A stretch of 63,237 bases of DNA, the filler included, from Octopus bimaculoides (Eukaryota), in NCBI RefSeq assembly GCF_001194135.2. It is 4 parts of 4 records of this genome, joined end to end, with 100 filler letters (N's around TTAATTAATTAA, not from the genome) between each part and the next. Parts side by side here need not be neighbours in the genome. Positions count along the whole stretch, not along the records: positions 1 to 24,190 come from NC_068982.1; positions 24,291 to 30,836 come from NC_068988.1; 2 more parts are not named here. One strand, 5' to 3'. The notes below the pieces were generated by a model. It had not been told where the DNA came from. It ran no database searches and worked only from the letters and a program-made list of their open reading frames with translations. Shown here in pieces: positions 13,011-25,653 of the stretch; positions within the stretch are counted from its first letter, which is position 1; each line of letters begins with the position of its first letter. A program made the translations under genes and the position numbers.

Positions 13011-13630
13011 TGCCAACACTATGGAATAACAACAGAAAAAAGATGGTATAAACACACGCCAGAAAAGGTCACAGAAAACGAGAAAGCAACCATACTCTGG
13101 GATATGCCAATACACACAGATAGAGAAATTAAGGCAAATAGACCAGATATAGTTGTCAAAGNNNNNNNNNNNNNNNNNNNNNNNNNNNNNNNNNNNNNNN
13201 NNNNNNNNNNNNNNNNNNNNNNNNNNNNNNNNNNNNNNNNNNNNNNNNNNNNNNNNNNNNNNNNNNNNNNNNNNNNNNNNNNNNNNNNNNNNNNNNNNNN
13301 NNNNNNNNNNNNNNNNNNNNNNNNNNNNNNNNNNGGAAATAGAGATAACTCGAATGTGGAGTCTAAAAACAGAAACAATTCCTATCATAGTAGGTGCCTT
13401 AGGTATAATTAAAAAATACTCAGACAAATACATAACAAAATTACCAGGACTTACAAATATATGTAACATACAGAAAATTGCACTACTGGGTACTGCACAC
13501 ATTCTACGCAAAACACTTTCAATACAGTAAACATAAAAGCACCACAGCAAACCACAGCACATACCCAAGGCGCACAGAGCTGCGCTCGGTAGTGAAGTGA
13601 AAGCACGTTATAAAAATAAAACTACTGAAC
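13011..13630 (+). mobile_element. 5'-truncated R4/Dong-like retrotransposon, second subfamily (contains gap)
   Basis: CQHYGITTEKRWYKHTPEKVTENEKATILWDMPIHTDREIKANRPDIVVK-gap-EIEITRMWSLKTETIPIIVGALGIIKK...KIALLGTAHILRKTLSIQ* (stop 13530) plus 100-bp 3'UTR; (AAT)n on both sides. Confidence 0.9.
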
Positions 13631-13667
13631 AATAATAATAATAATAATAATAATGATAATAATAATT

Positions 13668-13972
13668 GTAGCCATGTCTTGAGAGGAATTCTTTGGGGAA
13701 ACATGGGTGTTTCGTTCAACCGCTTTAAACAAGCCTTATTCAGGGACCTTTTGAGCAGGCTGGGCTACTCGACTTGAAGAAAATTCTAACTGGGCTCCAC
13801 CTGCAAAGTCATGCGCTGTCTATCTTGATATGAGATCACCATGTCGCGCACATATGGTTGTGATGCATGTCCCTGGTGTACCCTTATCAGACGGGGGAGT
13901 TATGATAGGCGTACTGGGTTTCGTATATTTGTACCTTAGTATCACTTTGATGGCATGCACTGCTCTCTCACT
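13668..13972 (+). mobile_element. Non-coding retroposon family F ending in (AAT)n
   Basis: Ends ...TCACTTTGATGGCATGCACTGCTCTCTCACTC(AAT)n; flanked both sides by AAT tracts; an internal segment recurs inverted at 42635-42740. Confidence 0.6.
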
Positions 13973-14440
13973 CAATAATAATAGTAATAATGATAATAAT
14001 AATCATTTCTACTATAAGCATTTCTGATCAAGTTGTTAAATTTGCCTTCAGATGTCAGAGAAGTATGGCTTCAAAATATTCCAAGTAAATGCACCAACGT
14101 CTGTAAATGTTCTAAAAGAACTGGAATTATATCACGAAGAGATTAGCGAAGTCATCAACACTCAAACAACTTGTTTCACTATTATAATGAGAGACTTAAG
14201 CACAAAGATAAGATAAAGAAATGAGTATCACCAAGGAAAATGCTCACAAGATGAAAGAAAATAGAAGTGAATAAGATCTAATCAGTTTCTCCTTAACAAA
14301 AATACCTCAAAATAGTAAATACCCTCTTCACAATCCCTCCCCACCTCCGCCAAGAAAAAGGACCTGGAGATGTCTGAAATACAAAACCCTAAACAAAATA
14401 CATGAACTGAAAAATTGACAAATTAACAACCTTGCAACAT

Positions 14441-14890
14441 AAGCTGCAAACTCGGGTGTCACCACCCATAGCGCGAAGGAGAGAAAGCTCAATAAATACA
14501 GGGGCCTAACCGGCTGCTATCAGTTTATGCTGGTCGCCGTCGAGACATCAGTTTTCTAGGACCCTTTACTATCAATTTCCTCTGTAAAATAGCGATAACG
14601 GCGGCCCGTCGGAGAAATGAGCCCCACAAGGTGGAGTGGCTGCTGCAGCGGGTGTCGCTGGCCATTCTCCGCGGCAACGCCATCACAGTCATTTCCGCAG
14701 GGCGCCGCTGAGCACACCATTTCTTCTGGGGTACATGGCCCATTGCGCCCCATCATCTTCCGCTACTTTATCTACCCCCACTTTTTTATCTTTTTCCTTT
14801 TCTTTCTTTTCCTTTCTTATCTCTCTTTCTTGTTTCTCTGTATTCAAATGTTCTAAAAAAAATTGTGAACTACAAAGAAAAAAAAAACCC
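14441..14890 (+). mobile_element. 5'-truncated CRE-clade non-LTR retrotransposon (REL C-terminus, 3'UTR, A-rich tail)
   Basis: With one frameshift near 14551: AKERKLNKYRGLTGCYQFMLVAVETS/FLGPFTINFLCKIAITAARRRNEPHKVEWLLQRVSLAILRGNAITVISAGRR* (stop 14709-14711), matching the CRE K..KY..L...F.PVAVET.G..G...QR.S.A..RGNA pattern. GC-rich island; A-run at about 14875-14887. Confidence 0.8.
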
Positions 14891-15269
14891 AGAAAAAATT
14901 AACAAGACATCGTTTAAGGTCAAAAGTAGCAATTATAGAATAACAATAAGCTTCCAATCACGTTCTATAACGTAAGAAAGAAGGTATTCCACTTCAAGAA
15001 CAAACTAACAAGGCCAAATCGTTCGCCAAAGCGAATTTCTCACACATTCTCAATTTGCAGGTTGCATAGTTCTAACATGAAGAAAATATTAAAGAAAAAC
15101 AAGAATTACCTTGAATTGGTGACCTCAGGGATTCTAAGTCACATATTAAAAAGTCAAATTATCCTAAGCCTTAAATGACGAGTTTACAACCGATTTCTTA
15201 CGATGCAGAAACATATAGTTTTAAAAGAACTTAATATGCAAGTTAAAGACAGTTCAACATGCTCACAAA

Positions 15270-15545
15270 TGCATGGTGCTTGGAATAATGTGGAAAAAAA
15301 AAACATAAGCTAACAAAACAGATCCGAAAAGGAATAAGATGACATTGTCAAATTCATAAGATCGTTTGGTTGGACATGTCCAGAAGAATATAAACGATTG
15401 GAGAAAAAAGACAAGATTGAAAAAGAAACAGGATGACATCAAACAAGTTGGATGGATGAATTCGCTAGATTTAATAAAAACAAGAGATCGAGCACACAAA
15501 ACCGAAAGAAAATCTTTGGCAGAAAGGGCTTTTGTCTAGCTGTAA
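15270..15545 (+). mobile_element. Decayed RTE LINE 3' end
   Basis: LVGHVQKNINDW...DDIKQVGW...RDRAHKTERKSLAERAFV*L resembles RTE WAGHVARR.D.RW..DDI...G..W...A.DR..WRSL.EAFVQQW. Confidence 0.5.
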
Positions 15546-15689
15546 AAACACAACGTCTGTTCGGATATATTGGTTCCTAACCACGTAAAGGCTACTAACT
15601 GAACATTGCAGGGAACTTTATAAGGAAGTCTATCGATTCTGCAGTTCACTGACCTTAATGATATTTACTATTCATTCTAACATCTGTAC

Positions 15690-16143
15690 AAGGCCGTACA
15701 TTTGTAAAGTTACTATATTGAACCCAGTACTGGATTCGTACTTATGTTACTGACCCCAGTACTTGGCTTATTTTCTCATCACAAGAAAAAATAGAAATCA
15801 AAGTCATCCCGGCAGAATTTGAACTCAGATAATAATTGAACGAAACTAAATACTACACTCCGATTTCATTTGTCATTCTATTGGTTTGATAATCTACTGC
15901 ATTTAATAACAATAATAATAATAATTATTATAATAAACTCTTTATTTAGATAGGAGGTAAGCAGTTTTGAATTTAAGGGTTAGCCAACACAGCATTTTGC
16001 TAGTATCTTATTTTACTGATCTTCGAAAAGATGGAAGGAGACATTAATCTTGGCGGATTTGAACTCAGAATGTAGAATGCCATAATAAGTACTGCAAAGC
16101 ATTTTGTACTATGCTCTAGCGATTCTGTCAGTCCATCACCTTA
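15690..16143 (-). mobile_element. Two adjacent degenerate SINE family B copies
   Basis: CCCAGTACT..CTTATTTT..AAAGTC..GAATTTGAACTCAGA cores at about 15720-15830 and 15990-16140. Confidence 0.7.
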
Positions 16144-16373
16144 AGTAATAACAGTAATAACAAAAAAAAAAGGACGAAGAAAAAGAAAGAAAATGAAGAG
16201 TTAATCAATGAAGGCAAAAATATAAAGATTAACATGACGAGGACACCATGCAGGTGTTGGTGAAGAGAAGTATTGTTTCGTTCCACTTACTCTAATTTTC
16301 ACCTCCACATCACTACATTACCCGTCAATGAACCTAAAATTATTTTCTCACATACATACATACATACAAATGC

Positions 16374-16435
<62 letters not shown>

Positions 16436-16439
16436 GTAT

Positions 16440-16514
<75 letters not shown>

Positions 16515-16791
16515 CATATTTGTATGTACACATCCAACCCCTTGCCACACATGTATGACCTTTCCAGTCTTCAGTTCTGCTCATTTGAACATTACTAAGC
16601 AGCCGGTAGATTGCTCCACCAGCAATACAACAAGAGGTCAGGTGTAATGGCCAAACAATGAACAGCAAAAAGCGCAAAATATGTGTATAGTACAATGTGT
16701 AGATGTAAATGTGATACACTTGAGTGCATGCTCACACATTTTTGCGTGTGTTTGTGTGTATGTGTGTGTTGTGTGTGTGTGTGCGTTGTGC

Positions 16792-16856
<65 letters not shown>

Positions 16857-17214
16857 GGGGAGATAGAGAGTATGTGTGTGTATGTGTAATATATTTATCG
16901 AAACTGATAAGGATATTAATGAGGTGCGGTAGGATACTGCAATAATGTTGTCCAAGACAGAGGTATTAATAATTTGATGCAGAAGCTAAAACTTGGACGA
17001 TAGAAAGCAGTGCTAGATTGAATTTACAGGGTTTTCTAACTTACAGTTTCTTTCGAAAGAAAAATGTGATAAAGAACAGATGAGGCCCAACCAAGCATCC
17101 TTCACTAACCAGACAGGCGTGCTAAACACTGAAAAAATACTACTTTGAATTTCATTTACTACGTCTAGACTCTTTGTATAATAAAGATTTAGCTCAAAAT
17201 AGAGTTATTAGAAA

Positions 17215-17395
17215 TTTGGTTGTAAATCTCCTTTAAATCACGCCCCACTGTCTAAGTAAAAAAGGAAATATTATATAATGTAATCACAGATTCACTATAT
17301 TTGAAAGGAAAAAGACGGGATGCTCATGGTTGGAATATCGTTTGAGCATAAATCGATCAGATCAATGCTGACCTGGGGCTAACAATAACAATAAT
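17215..17395 (+). mobile_element. Interspersed repeat family D
   Basis: AAATCTCCTTTAAATCAC..ATAATGTAATC..AAAGACGGGATG..GCTGACCTGGGGCTAACAATAAC. Confidence 0.65.
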
Positions 17396-17709
17396 TCTGT
17401 ATCTCATGGTAGACAAATAATTATATAGAGTGGAATGGTAATTATCTAAATTCCACTATATACGTCTATAAGTTGGTCCTTTGTTTCGTTCTATACGAGT
17501 TATTATTCTATTGGGCTGACCTATCCTGTATACTATATAAAGGTGAAGTATTCAGTGGTGTCCTGTCGGCGCAAGTAGGTACTCGAATCACCTTGCTAAA
17601 TGACGAGAGAAAGAGAAGGAGAGAGAGAGAGAAGGTGGGAGAGAGAAAAAGTGAGAAGGATATCTTCTCTCTCAGAATGTCGTACATCTAAAGATGAGCT
17701 CCAAGCAAG

Positions 17710-17850
17710 GCCGTGAATGTGAGAAGTCGTTTGAGCACTGGATAAAATGGCCTACTGTATTCGATCTGGCTGTCTGTAGTCTGAGTTCAAATCCAGACAA
17801 AGTTAACTTCGCCTTCCATCTTAGGGGCGATAAATATAATAACAAAGTAG
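17710..17850 (+). mobile_element. SINE family B, degenerate
   Basis: GTCTGAGTTCAAATCCAGACAAAGTTAACTTCGCCTTCCATC core. Confidence 0.65.
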
Positions 17851-18242
17851 TACAGAGCTGGTTTCCTATCTTTCTCAAAGAAATCGACCGTTTCAAATGT
17901 AGAGAGCAAAAGCCTTCGACAGATTTAAATGTTCAGGACATGTCTTATGTCACAACAACGTCCCTACAACCTTATCAGGCGTTATGGGCCCTAAGGTTAA
18001 ACATTGCAAGTTCCAAATAAGCTAACACGGTTTCAATGTCTGCCTGAAACCGTCTCGCTACACAGACGTCAAGCCAACGATACTTGTAGAAGAAAAAGTA
18101 AATGGTTTAAGGACACAATACGACATTGTTCTACTTCCAACAAAATTTATTTTACGTCAGGGAAAAGCAAAAGTAAGACTACCACAATAAAACTATTATT
18201 TCTATCATATTCAAAGGAAAAGGAATATCGATTTCTTATATA

Positions 18243-18420
18243 GGGACAAAACCAGAAATTCATATCGACTCTAGTACGCAACTAATACTTTATTTTAATC
18301 CACGCCAGAAGATTGAAAAACGCAAGTTGAACTTTCTAGGATTTGAACACATAATGTTGAGTGACGAAATATAATACCGCAATATATTTTTAGCTGGTAC
18401 TCTACCAATTCTACCATCCA
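18243..18420 (-). mobile_element. SINE family B, degenerate
   Basis: ATCGACTCTAGTAC..ACTTTATTTTAATC..GGATTTGAACAC..ACGAAATA..CCGC..ATTCTACCA. Confidence 0.6.
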
Positions 18421-19953
18421 TTTCCATTTTCCTTTCAAACAAAGGAATATAAACAATTCTTTTTTACATTTTGAAATCGTATGTGCTCGCGCACGCACGC
18501 ACGCACACACACACACACACACAAACAAACAGCAATATATGCATAAGCACACACTCGTATGAATATATATGCATACACACAGGTTTATATATGCGCATAG
18601 ACACATATATCTGCAAATATACATGCATACATATATACACACCAAGTGCAATTTCCTTGATACTTCATTGTTGTCAAAGTTTAAAAAACAACAGAAATAC
18701 CAACAAAAACAAAAACACAACTTATACAAGAACAACTAAACAAACATAAAATTAGCCTCATCATAATAAATAAAAGTAAAAAATGACAGTTTAGAAAAAA
18801 ATGGAAGGTTATTTCCCATTTAAAATTAATTTTAGCTGGCAAACAAGGTCCACGCGATAACTTTAGTTCAGCGAAGCATACATCTTGAATACAAGACAAA
18901 AATGAATAATAACGAATAAAGAAGATGTTTCAAGACAAGAGATAATTCTTGAAAGAAAAAAAAATATATGGAAGGCAAGCAGGGAAAACAGACGAAAAAA
19001 ATTAAATATCAGAGTGATGTAAATATGTATATANNNNNNNNNNNNNNNNNNNNNNNNNNNNNNNNNNNNNNNNNNNNNNNNNNNNNNNNNNNNNNNNNNN
19101 NNNNNNNNNNNNNNNNNNNNNNNNNNNNNNNNNNNNNNNNNNNNNNNNNNNNNNNNNNNNNNNNNNNNNNNNNNNNNNNNNNNNNNNNNNNNNNNNNNNN
19201 NNNNNNNNNNNNNNNNNNNNNNNNNNNNNNNNNNNNNNNNNNTATATATATATATATTTATATATAGCGCACACAAATACACACACATATATATGAATAC
19301 AAGCATAAATACAGTAATAAACAGATATATCTATATATTTATGGTTGAGTGTATGTGTGTATGAGAGAGAGAGAAAGAGATTGAGAGACAGAAAAAGCGA
19401 GGCATAGAGAAAGGAGAAAGAAAAGATCCCTATGAATACACGAATAAAGAAAGTCATAAACTGAAAAGCAAAGAAGTAGCTGCTTACATTTGAATTTTGC
19501 TTTAAAATGTTCCTTTTTCTTTTTCTTTTTTCAAATTCTGCATTCATACACAGTATGTTTCAATCGACAGTATACAAAAAAATCTCATACACCACTGTAC
19601 AAGTGAATCGGATGCAGTCAGCCATAATTGTAGCACAGAAAAAGCAATGATATTGCCAAGTGGCCATTGAAGGAGACATGTCAACTAGTTACATCCATAC
19701 TGTACACAACAGTTGTACACTTTGCTTGTAACTCAACAAGACAGAAACAAGCAGGATGTTCTGCTCTTGTCTTCTTATGTAGCTCTTTTATAGTTGACTA
19801 CTATTCTTTATACTGTTTCTTTTATTTTAGTTATACACTCGAGTCTTCAACGTATTTGTTGCTGTTGTGGTTGCTGTTATCTATTTCTTGGAACTGTGAT
19901 ATACAAACTTATAAGTGCATGTAGATCAATGCATATTCACCCACATATACATA

Positions 19954-19993
<40 letters not shown>

Positions 19994-21012
19994 TGTATGT
20001 AAATTTATATATNNNNNNNNNNNNNNNNNNNNNNNNNNNNNNNNNNNNNNNNNNNNNNNNNNNNNNNNNNNNNNNNNNNNNNNNNNNNNNNNNNNNNNNN
20101 NNNNNNNNNNNNNNNNNNNNNNNNNNNNNNNNNNNNNNNNNNNNNNNNNNNNNNNNNNNNNNNNNNNNNNNNNNNNNNNNNNNNNNNNNNNNNNNNNNNN
20201 NNNNNNNNNNNNNNNNNNNNATATATATATATATATATATAATTCATCCACGTGAGCTTATTTATTGGTATCTCAAGTTTCGAAGAATAACACACGACCA
20301 ACTACAGCAGATTCTTTAAATGATAAATCTCTCGCCTGAAGATCGCAGTGACATGAAACTTGAACCATGAGAAACGAATTCAGTTTATATAAGCAATATA
20401 CTTAATCCATTCATACAATTCCCTTTTTCTCTTCCTATCACAAACTCATATGTGTTTATGTGTGTGTGTGTATACATGTACATGTATGTATATATAAATA
20501 TCTATATGTATGCATGTATACATTCATACATGCATACATACAAGCGCGCGTACACTTACACATATACTTACACTCACACACGTATATGTGGAGACAGTCA
20601 CACATACCCACTCACAAGTATATGTTTGTGTGTATGTATCGATTCGCAGTTGTAATTTTTTTGCTAATATAGAATTTAAGTGAAAAGCGCCATCTTGTTG
20701 AACTAGTTCAAATGTTTCTTCTCATTTTTAAAAATGTGTTTCTTTGTTTTATTTCCTTTATTACTTACGCCTATCACCAGAATCTCGATATTTATCTCCT
20801 TTCTTTGCCTTATTAGTTCTATTTCAGATAAAGTGCTCAATAGACGCAATTTAAACAAGTCACTTCTGTATTGCCTACTACTTATCTTTTATTTTTTACT
20901 GAAAGTTTTTACTCTATTCCTTTTCACCAGTTAACTATCATCATCTTTGACTTTTATTTTACACTTGACAATATTCCAACATGCAGCCATTTTTTGTTGT
21001 CATTGCTTATTT

Positions 21013-21231
21013 CTATGTATTGATATATTTGAATAAGCCGGTTACAGGATCAAGAAAACAGCATAAGATATATATTTTTTGCAGAATCTTTTTAGTCATC
21101 TTAACCGCTGCCTTTCTTTCGTCCACCATCATTCTTCTGTATTCAATGACAATATTAACTAACTGCCACAGGATTTCATGTGAGGATGGTTGTGTAGGAT
21201 AGATGGATGGTGCTAGTAGTGAATAGTAAAT
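21013..21231 (-). CDS. Candidate terminal coding exon E6 (72 aa, unknown)
   Basis: Acceptor CTTCTCTTCATCATCAG|ATT; open frame IYYSLLAPSIYPTQPSSHEILWQLVNIVIEYRRMMVDERKAAVKMTKKILQKIYILCCFLDPVTGLFKYINT*; AATAAA at 20953-20958 on the minus strand. No homology recognised. Confidence 0.2.
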   Translation of the reverse strand: MYYSLLAPSIYPTQPSSHEILWQLVNIVIEYRRMMVDERKAAVKMTKKILQKIYILCCFLDPVTGLFKYINT

Positions 21232-22534
21232 CTGATGATGAAGAGAAGCATTTTTGACGTAAATCAGACTTCATAACAACTTTCAGTTTGAGCCGAAATT
21301 AATGAAAAGAAAAAAATTACAAACAAAAAACTAAAATAAAATATGTGGATAATTTTATCAAGATGCAATCAACGTATAAAACAAAACAGAGGCTGCTTGA
21401 AAAAAAATCTTAGTAGAAAATCTGGTGATAAAACTTGTTTATCAGATATTCCTCTCTTATAAAGTCTTCAACTAGGTTTTAAATAGAGTTAAGAACTAAA
21501 GGTACACAAACTGTCTACAAAATTTCAATATATTACTGTGTTTATATATTAAATATTGATTGACATCGCCAAATAGCGTAATGTGAACAATATTGAAAAA
21601 AGTTAACATATGTATAAACATGCACACACACACACACACGCACGCACGCACACACATACACACACATGTGCGCACACACGCACACACACATACATGGACA
21701 TGTATATGTATATATACAGAGAGGTGGGGAAAAACCTGGTTGTATGACATGTCTATTTTAAGTGATTGTAATTTAGAACCTTGCATGTCAAGTGTGCCTG
21801 AACAATGTTTGTACTCCAACAGAATCTCTCAACACTTGATATTCTCAATTTTATTACAAAAAGTTTCATTAAACTGAAAAATTAGACAATGATTACAAGG
21901 TCATTCATTCTATTGCAATGTTCTTGGGTTTTTTTAAAAATTCTACTTTATGTCTTTGAATATCTTTTGCGATAAATATTTGTGATCAAAAACACAGAGA
22001 TATATTTTCAAAGTATTTCACTAAATAAGCGCCATTGAAATCCATCATATCAAAGGTCCTTGTTATCAGACTAAACAGAGATGTGTTTTAAATTTGAAAT
22101 ATTTAACCTTTCTGACTTATGAATTTATTACATCATTTAGGCTTACCATTCTTAGGAATTCTCTAACAACGCTATATATACTATTCAATGAATTATTTTC
22201 AAACGGCAAATATTAAATTTAATATAATTATATATTCGTAACATTGATTTCTAACACTGGAACAATGTGAGAAATTCTGCGAGAGGGCGGCGATTTAACC
22301 AATCCCAAATTGTATCATTCATATTTATATATGCACACAAGAGTTAAGGAATGGAATAGATAAGATCCGGGCTACATATGTTTCATAGCGAGCGGCACAT
22401 CAGAAGTGGTAAATATCCAAGCGAGGTGTGTACCGCAGGCCAAGGATATCTTGATTAAATAAAAGTTTACATTGTCGCAAGGCGGTACATGTTGAAACAC
22501 TGGAAGATTCAATCAGAATGTGTAGAGAGCACAG

Positions 22535-22857
22535 TTGTTGTTGTTGGCACTCCGTCGCTTACGACTTCGAGGGTTCCAGTTGATCCGATCAATGGAACAG
22601 CCTGCTCGTGAAATTAACGTGCAAGTGGCTGAGCACTCCACAGACACGTGAACCCTTAACGTAGTTCTCGGGGATATTCAGCGTGACACAGTGTAACAAG
22701 GCTGACCCTTTGAATTACAGGTACAACAGAAACAGGAAGTAAGAGTGAGAGAAGGTTGTGTTGGAAGAATACAGCAGGGTTCGCCACCGGAGCCTCGTGG
22801 AACTTTAGGTGTTTTCGCTCAATAAACACTCACAACACCCGGTCTTGGAATCGAAAC
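22535..22857 (-). mobile_element. SINE family E (tRNA-like head runs into gap, CAA tail)
   Basis: Minus strand: GTTTCGATTCCAAGACCGGG (box B-like)...GGAGTGCTCAGCCACTTGCACGTTAATTTCACGAGCAGGC...GACGGAGTGCC(AAC)n. Confidence 0.75.
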
Positions 22858-23596
22858 NNNNNNNNNNNNNNNNNNNNNNNNNNNNNNNNNNNNNNNNNNN
22901 NNNNNNNNNNNNNNNNNNNNNNNNNNNNNNNNNNNNNNNNNNNNNNNNNNNNNNNNNNNNNNNNNNNNNNNNNNNNNNNNNNNNNNNNNNNNNNNNNNNN
23001 NNNNNNNNNNNNNNNNNNNNNNNNNNNNNNNNNNNNNNNNNNNNNNNNNNNNNNNNNNNNNNNNNNNNNNNNNNNNNNNNNNNNNNNNNNNNNNNNNNNN
23101 NNNNNNNNNNNNNNNNNNNNNNNNNNNNNNNNNNNNNNNNNNNNNNNNNNNNNNNNNNNNNNNNNNNNNNNNNNNNNNNNNNNNNNNNNNNNNNNNNNNN
23201 NNNNNNNNNNNNNNNNNNNNNNNNNNNNNNNNNNNNNNNNNNNNNNNNNNNNNNNNNNNNNNNNNNNNNNNNNNNNNNNNNNNNNNNNNNNNNNNNNNNN
23301 NNNNNNNNNNNNNNNNNNNNNNNNNNNNNNNNNNNNNNNNNNNNNNNNNNNNNNNNNNNNNNNNNNNNNNNNNNNNNNNNNNNNNNNNNNNNNNNNNNNN
23401 NNNNNNNNNNNNNNNNNNNNNNNNNNNNNNNNNNNNNNNNNNNNNNNNNNNNNNNNNNNNNNNNNNNNNNNNNNNNNNNNATAGTACATACACGCATTTC
23501 GGTAAAATTCCGAAATAATTACAGTGTAGAAACATTATACAGTAATGTAAAAAACACCTCATCAGTGTCCTGTCAAAAATACAACAATGTAGGAGC

Positions 23597-23633
<37 letters not shown>

Positions 23634-24190
23634 TGACATTCGTATTGAAAATGATCAAGCCGCGTACATCACATAAATAACAAAAAACAAATAATAACAT
23701 GAAGAAAATACAAAAGTGCCACACCACTTTCAAAACCGAAATATGAGAAAGAGAGAGAGAGAGATGGAGAGAGAGGGAGAGAAAGAGGGAGAGAGAGGGT
23801 GGAGAGAGAAGGGAGAGAGAGAGAGAGAGAGAGAGACAAGGAGAGAAAGAGAGAAAGGGGAAAGAGAGAAAAAGAGAGGGAGGAAAAGAGAGAGAAATAA
23901 AAGCTATCTTTAAAGGAAGTCCGAGCGACTAAGAGCTGGAGGTCAGTAGGCCATAAATCAATAAGGGACAGACAAATAAATAAATACGCATCTGATACAA
24001 AGGACACAGAATCACGAACAAACACGTGCAAGTACGTAAACACACACACGGACACGCATACGCACACACATAGATACATATACACACACATACGCGCCCA
24101 CACTTAAATTTAATATGCACATATATATACATAGTTAGCACTAAAAAACCCCACATCTATAAGTGCAGACACGCACGCATCCATGTATAC

Positions 24191-24290
24191 NNNNNNNNNN
24201 NNNNNNNNNNNNNNNNNNNNNNNNNNNNNNNNNNTTAATTAATTAANNNNNNNNNNNNNNNNNNNNNNNNNNNNNNNNNNNNNNNNNNNN
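24191..24290. other. Artificial scaffold join marker N44-TTAATTAATTAA-N44
   Basis: Exactly 100 bp; identical structure at 30837-30936 and 53842-53941. Confidence 0.95.
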
Positions 24291-24361
24291 AACACTAAGG
24301 TCGATATAATCAGCTATACCCCTCCCACAAAATTTCAGGTCTTGTACCTACAATAGAAAGG

Positions 24362-24432
<71 letters not shown>

Positions 24433-24433
<1 letters not shown>

Positions 24434-24655
24434 GAGGCAGTGAGGTGGCAGAATCATTAGCATGCCAGACGAAGTGCTTGGCAGAATTTCACCCATTCAT
24501 ATTCTGAGTTCAAATTCAGTTGAGGTTAATATTGCCTTTCAGCATTTCAGGGCCAATGAAACAAGTATCAGTTGAACACTGGGGTTAATATAATCAACTT
24601 GACCCCTCTCCCAAAACATCAGGCCTTGTGCCCGTAGTAGAAAGGATTATTATTA
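24433..24655 (+). mobile_element. SINE family B, full length, after (TTA)n; tail of another copy at 24290-24365
   Basis: GAGGCAGTGAGGTGGCAGAATCATTAGCATGCC...TTCTGAGTTCAAATTC...AGGCCTTGTGCCCGTAGTAGAAAGGATTATT. Confidence 0.85.
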
Positions 24656-24666
24656 TTTTCATAGAT

Positions 24667-24841
24667 GCAGGCATGGTTATGTGATAAGTAGCTTGCTTCC
24701 CAGCCACATGGTTCTGGGTTCAGTCACACTGTGTGGCACCTTGGGCAAGTGTCTTCTGTTATAGCCTTGGGCCGACTAAAGCCTTGTGAGTGGATTTGGT
24801 AGACGGAAACTGAAAGAAGCCTATTGTATATATATATATTT

Positions 24842-24872
<31 letters not shown>

Positions 24873-25077
24873 CGCGCGTGTCTGTGTGTCCGCCATTTGA
24901 TGTTGGTGTGTTCACATCTCCATAACTTAGCAGTTTGGCAAAAGAGATCGATAGAAAAGTACTAGGCTTACAACGAATAAGTCCTGGGGTCAATTTCTGT
25001 GACTAAAAGTCCTTTAAAGCGATGCTCCAGCATGGCTGTGGTCAAATGACTGAAACAAGTAAAAGAATAAAAGAATA
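24667..25077 (+). mobile_element. tRNA-derived SINE family A, full length
   Basis: Head GGTTATGTGATAAGTAGCTTGCTTCCCAGCCACATGGTTCTGGGTTCAGTC (A/B box-like), GGCACCTTGGGCAAGTGTC core, central (TA)/(TG) tract, tail GCTCCAGCATGGC..CAAATGACTGAAACAAGTAAAAGA. Confidence 0.9.
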
Positions 25078-25420
25078 TATAGTAGTTTTATTGTCATGCC
25101 ATATAACAAACAAATTCACTCCATTTAAGAGTTATTCCCCTCTTCCAGTTTGCCAGCAATTTCAGTTCTGTAGAAGCTGATATCATTAAAAGTTCTAACT
25201 ACAATATGTGCTGTCTGCTGGGCTGCTTGTAGAAATATCTTATCTAAGATAGTTAAATTGGATTGCTTGCTTGTTGATAGATGAGAAGATATAAATTAAT
25301 TACCATAGTGGCTGATTAATTTTCAGCAGTTTCATTTCATTTCTTTACTTTTTTTAAAAACTATTTTATATGTATGCGTATGTATGTATGTATGTATGTA
25401 TGTATGTATGTATGTATATT

Positions 25421-25460
<40 letters not shown>

Positions 25461-25653
25461 TTTATATATATATATAGTGCCTTTTAATTCTTTGCAAAAC
25501 TCCAGAATATCATTAACAAGTGTTTTACTGTTGAGTGTGATATGAGTTTGATATCATGTACATCTATGGCAATGTGTAATAAAATCCATGAAACCTATCT
25601 TCAAGTGTTTGTATATGAATACTAAAAAATGCAATTTTTTTGTTTTAGTCGTA

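Noticed and set aside
14525-14902. Overlapping GC-rich ORFs on both strands
   Set aside because: By-products of the GC-rich CRE fragment; the meaningful frame is the frameshifted one described in features.
16520-16680. Unique GC-balanced stretch with exon-like translations on both strands
   Set aside because: Splice signals are weak or ambiguous, and both strands look equally plausible, as expected by chance.
19686-19733. Possible miRNA-like hairpin AGTTACA...TGTAACT
   Set aside because: Only short 6-7 bp helices with large internal loops; no match to conserved miRNA families I know.
24235-24246. Identical palindromic TTAATTAATTAA islands at 24235, 30881 and 53886
   Set aside because: Each is centred in exactly 44+44 Ns (100 bp total) and has stops in all frames: an assembly join marker, not biology.
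24667-24740. tRNA-like sequences at SINE heads
   Set aside because: No complete cloverleaf or acceptor stem, and they continue directly into SINE bodies.
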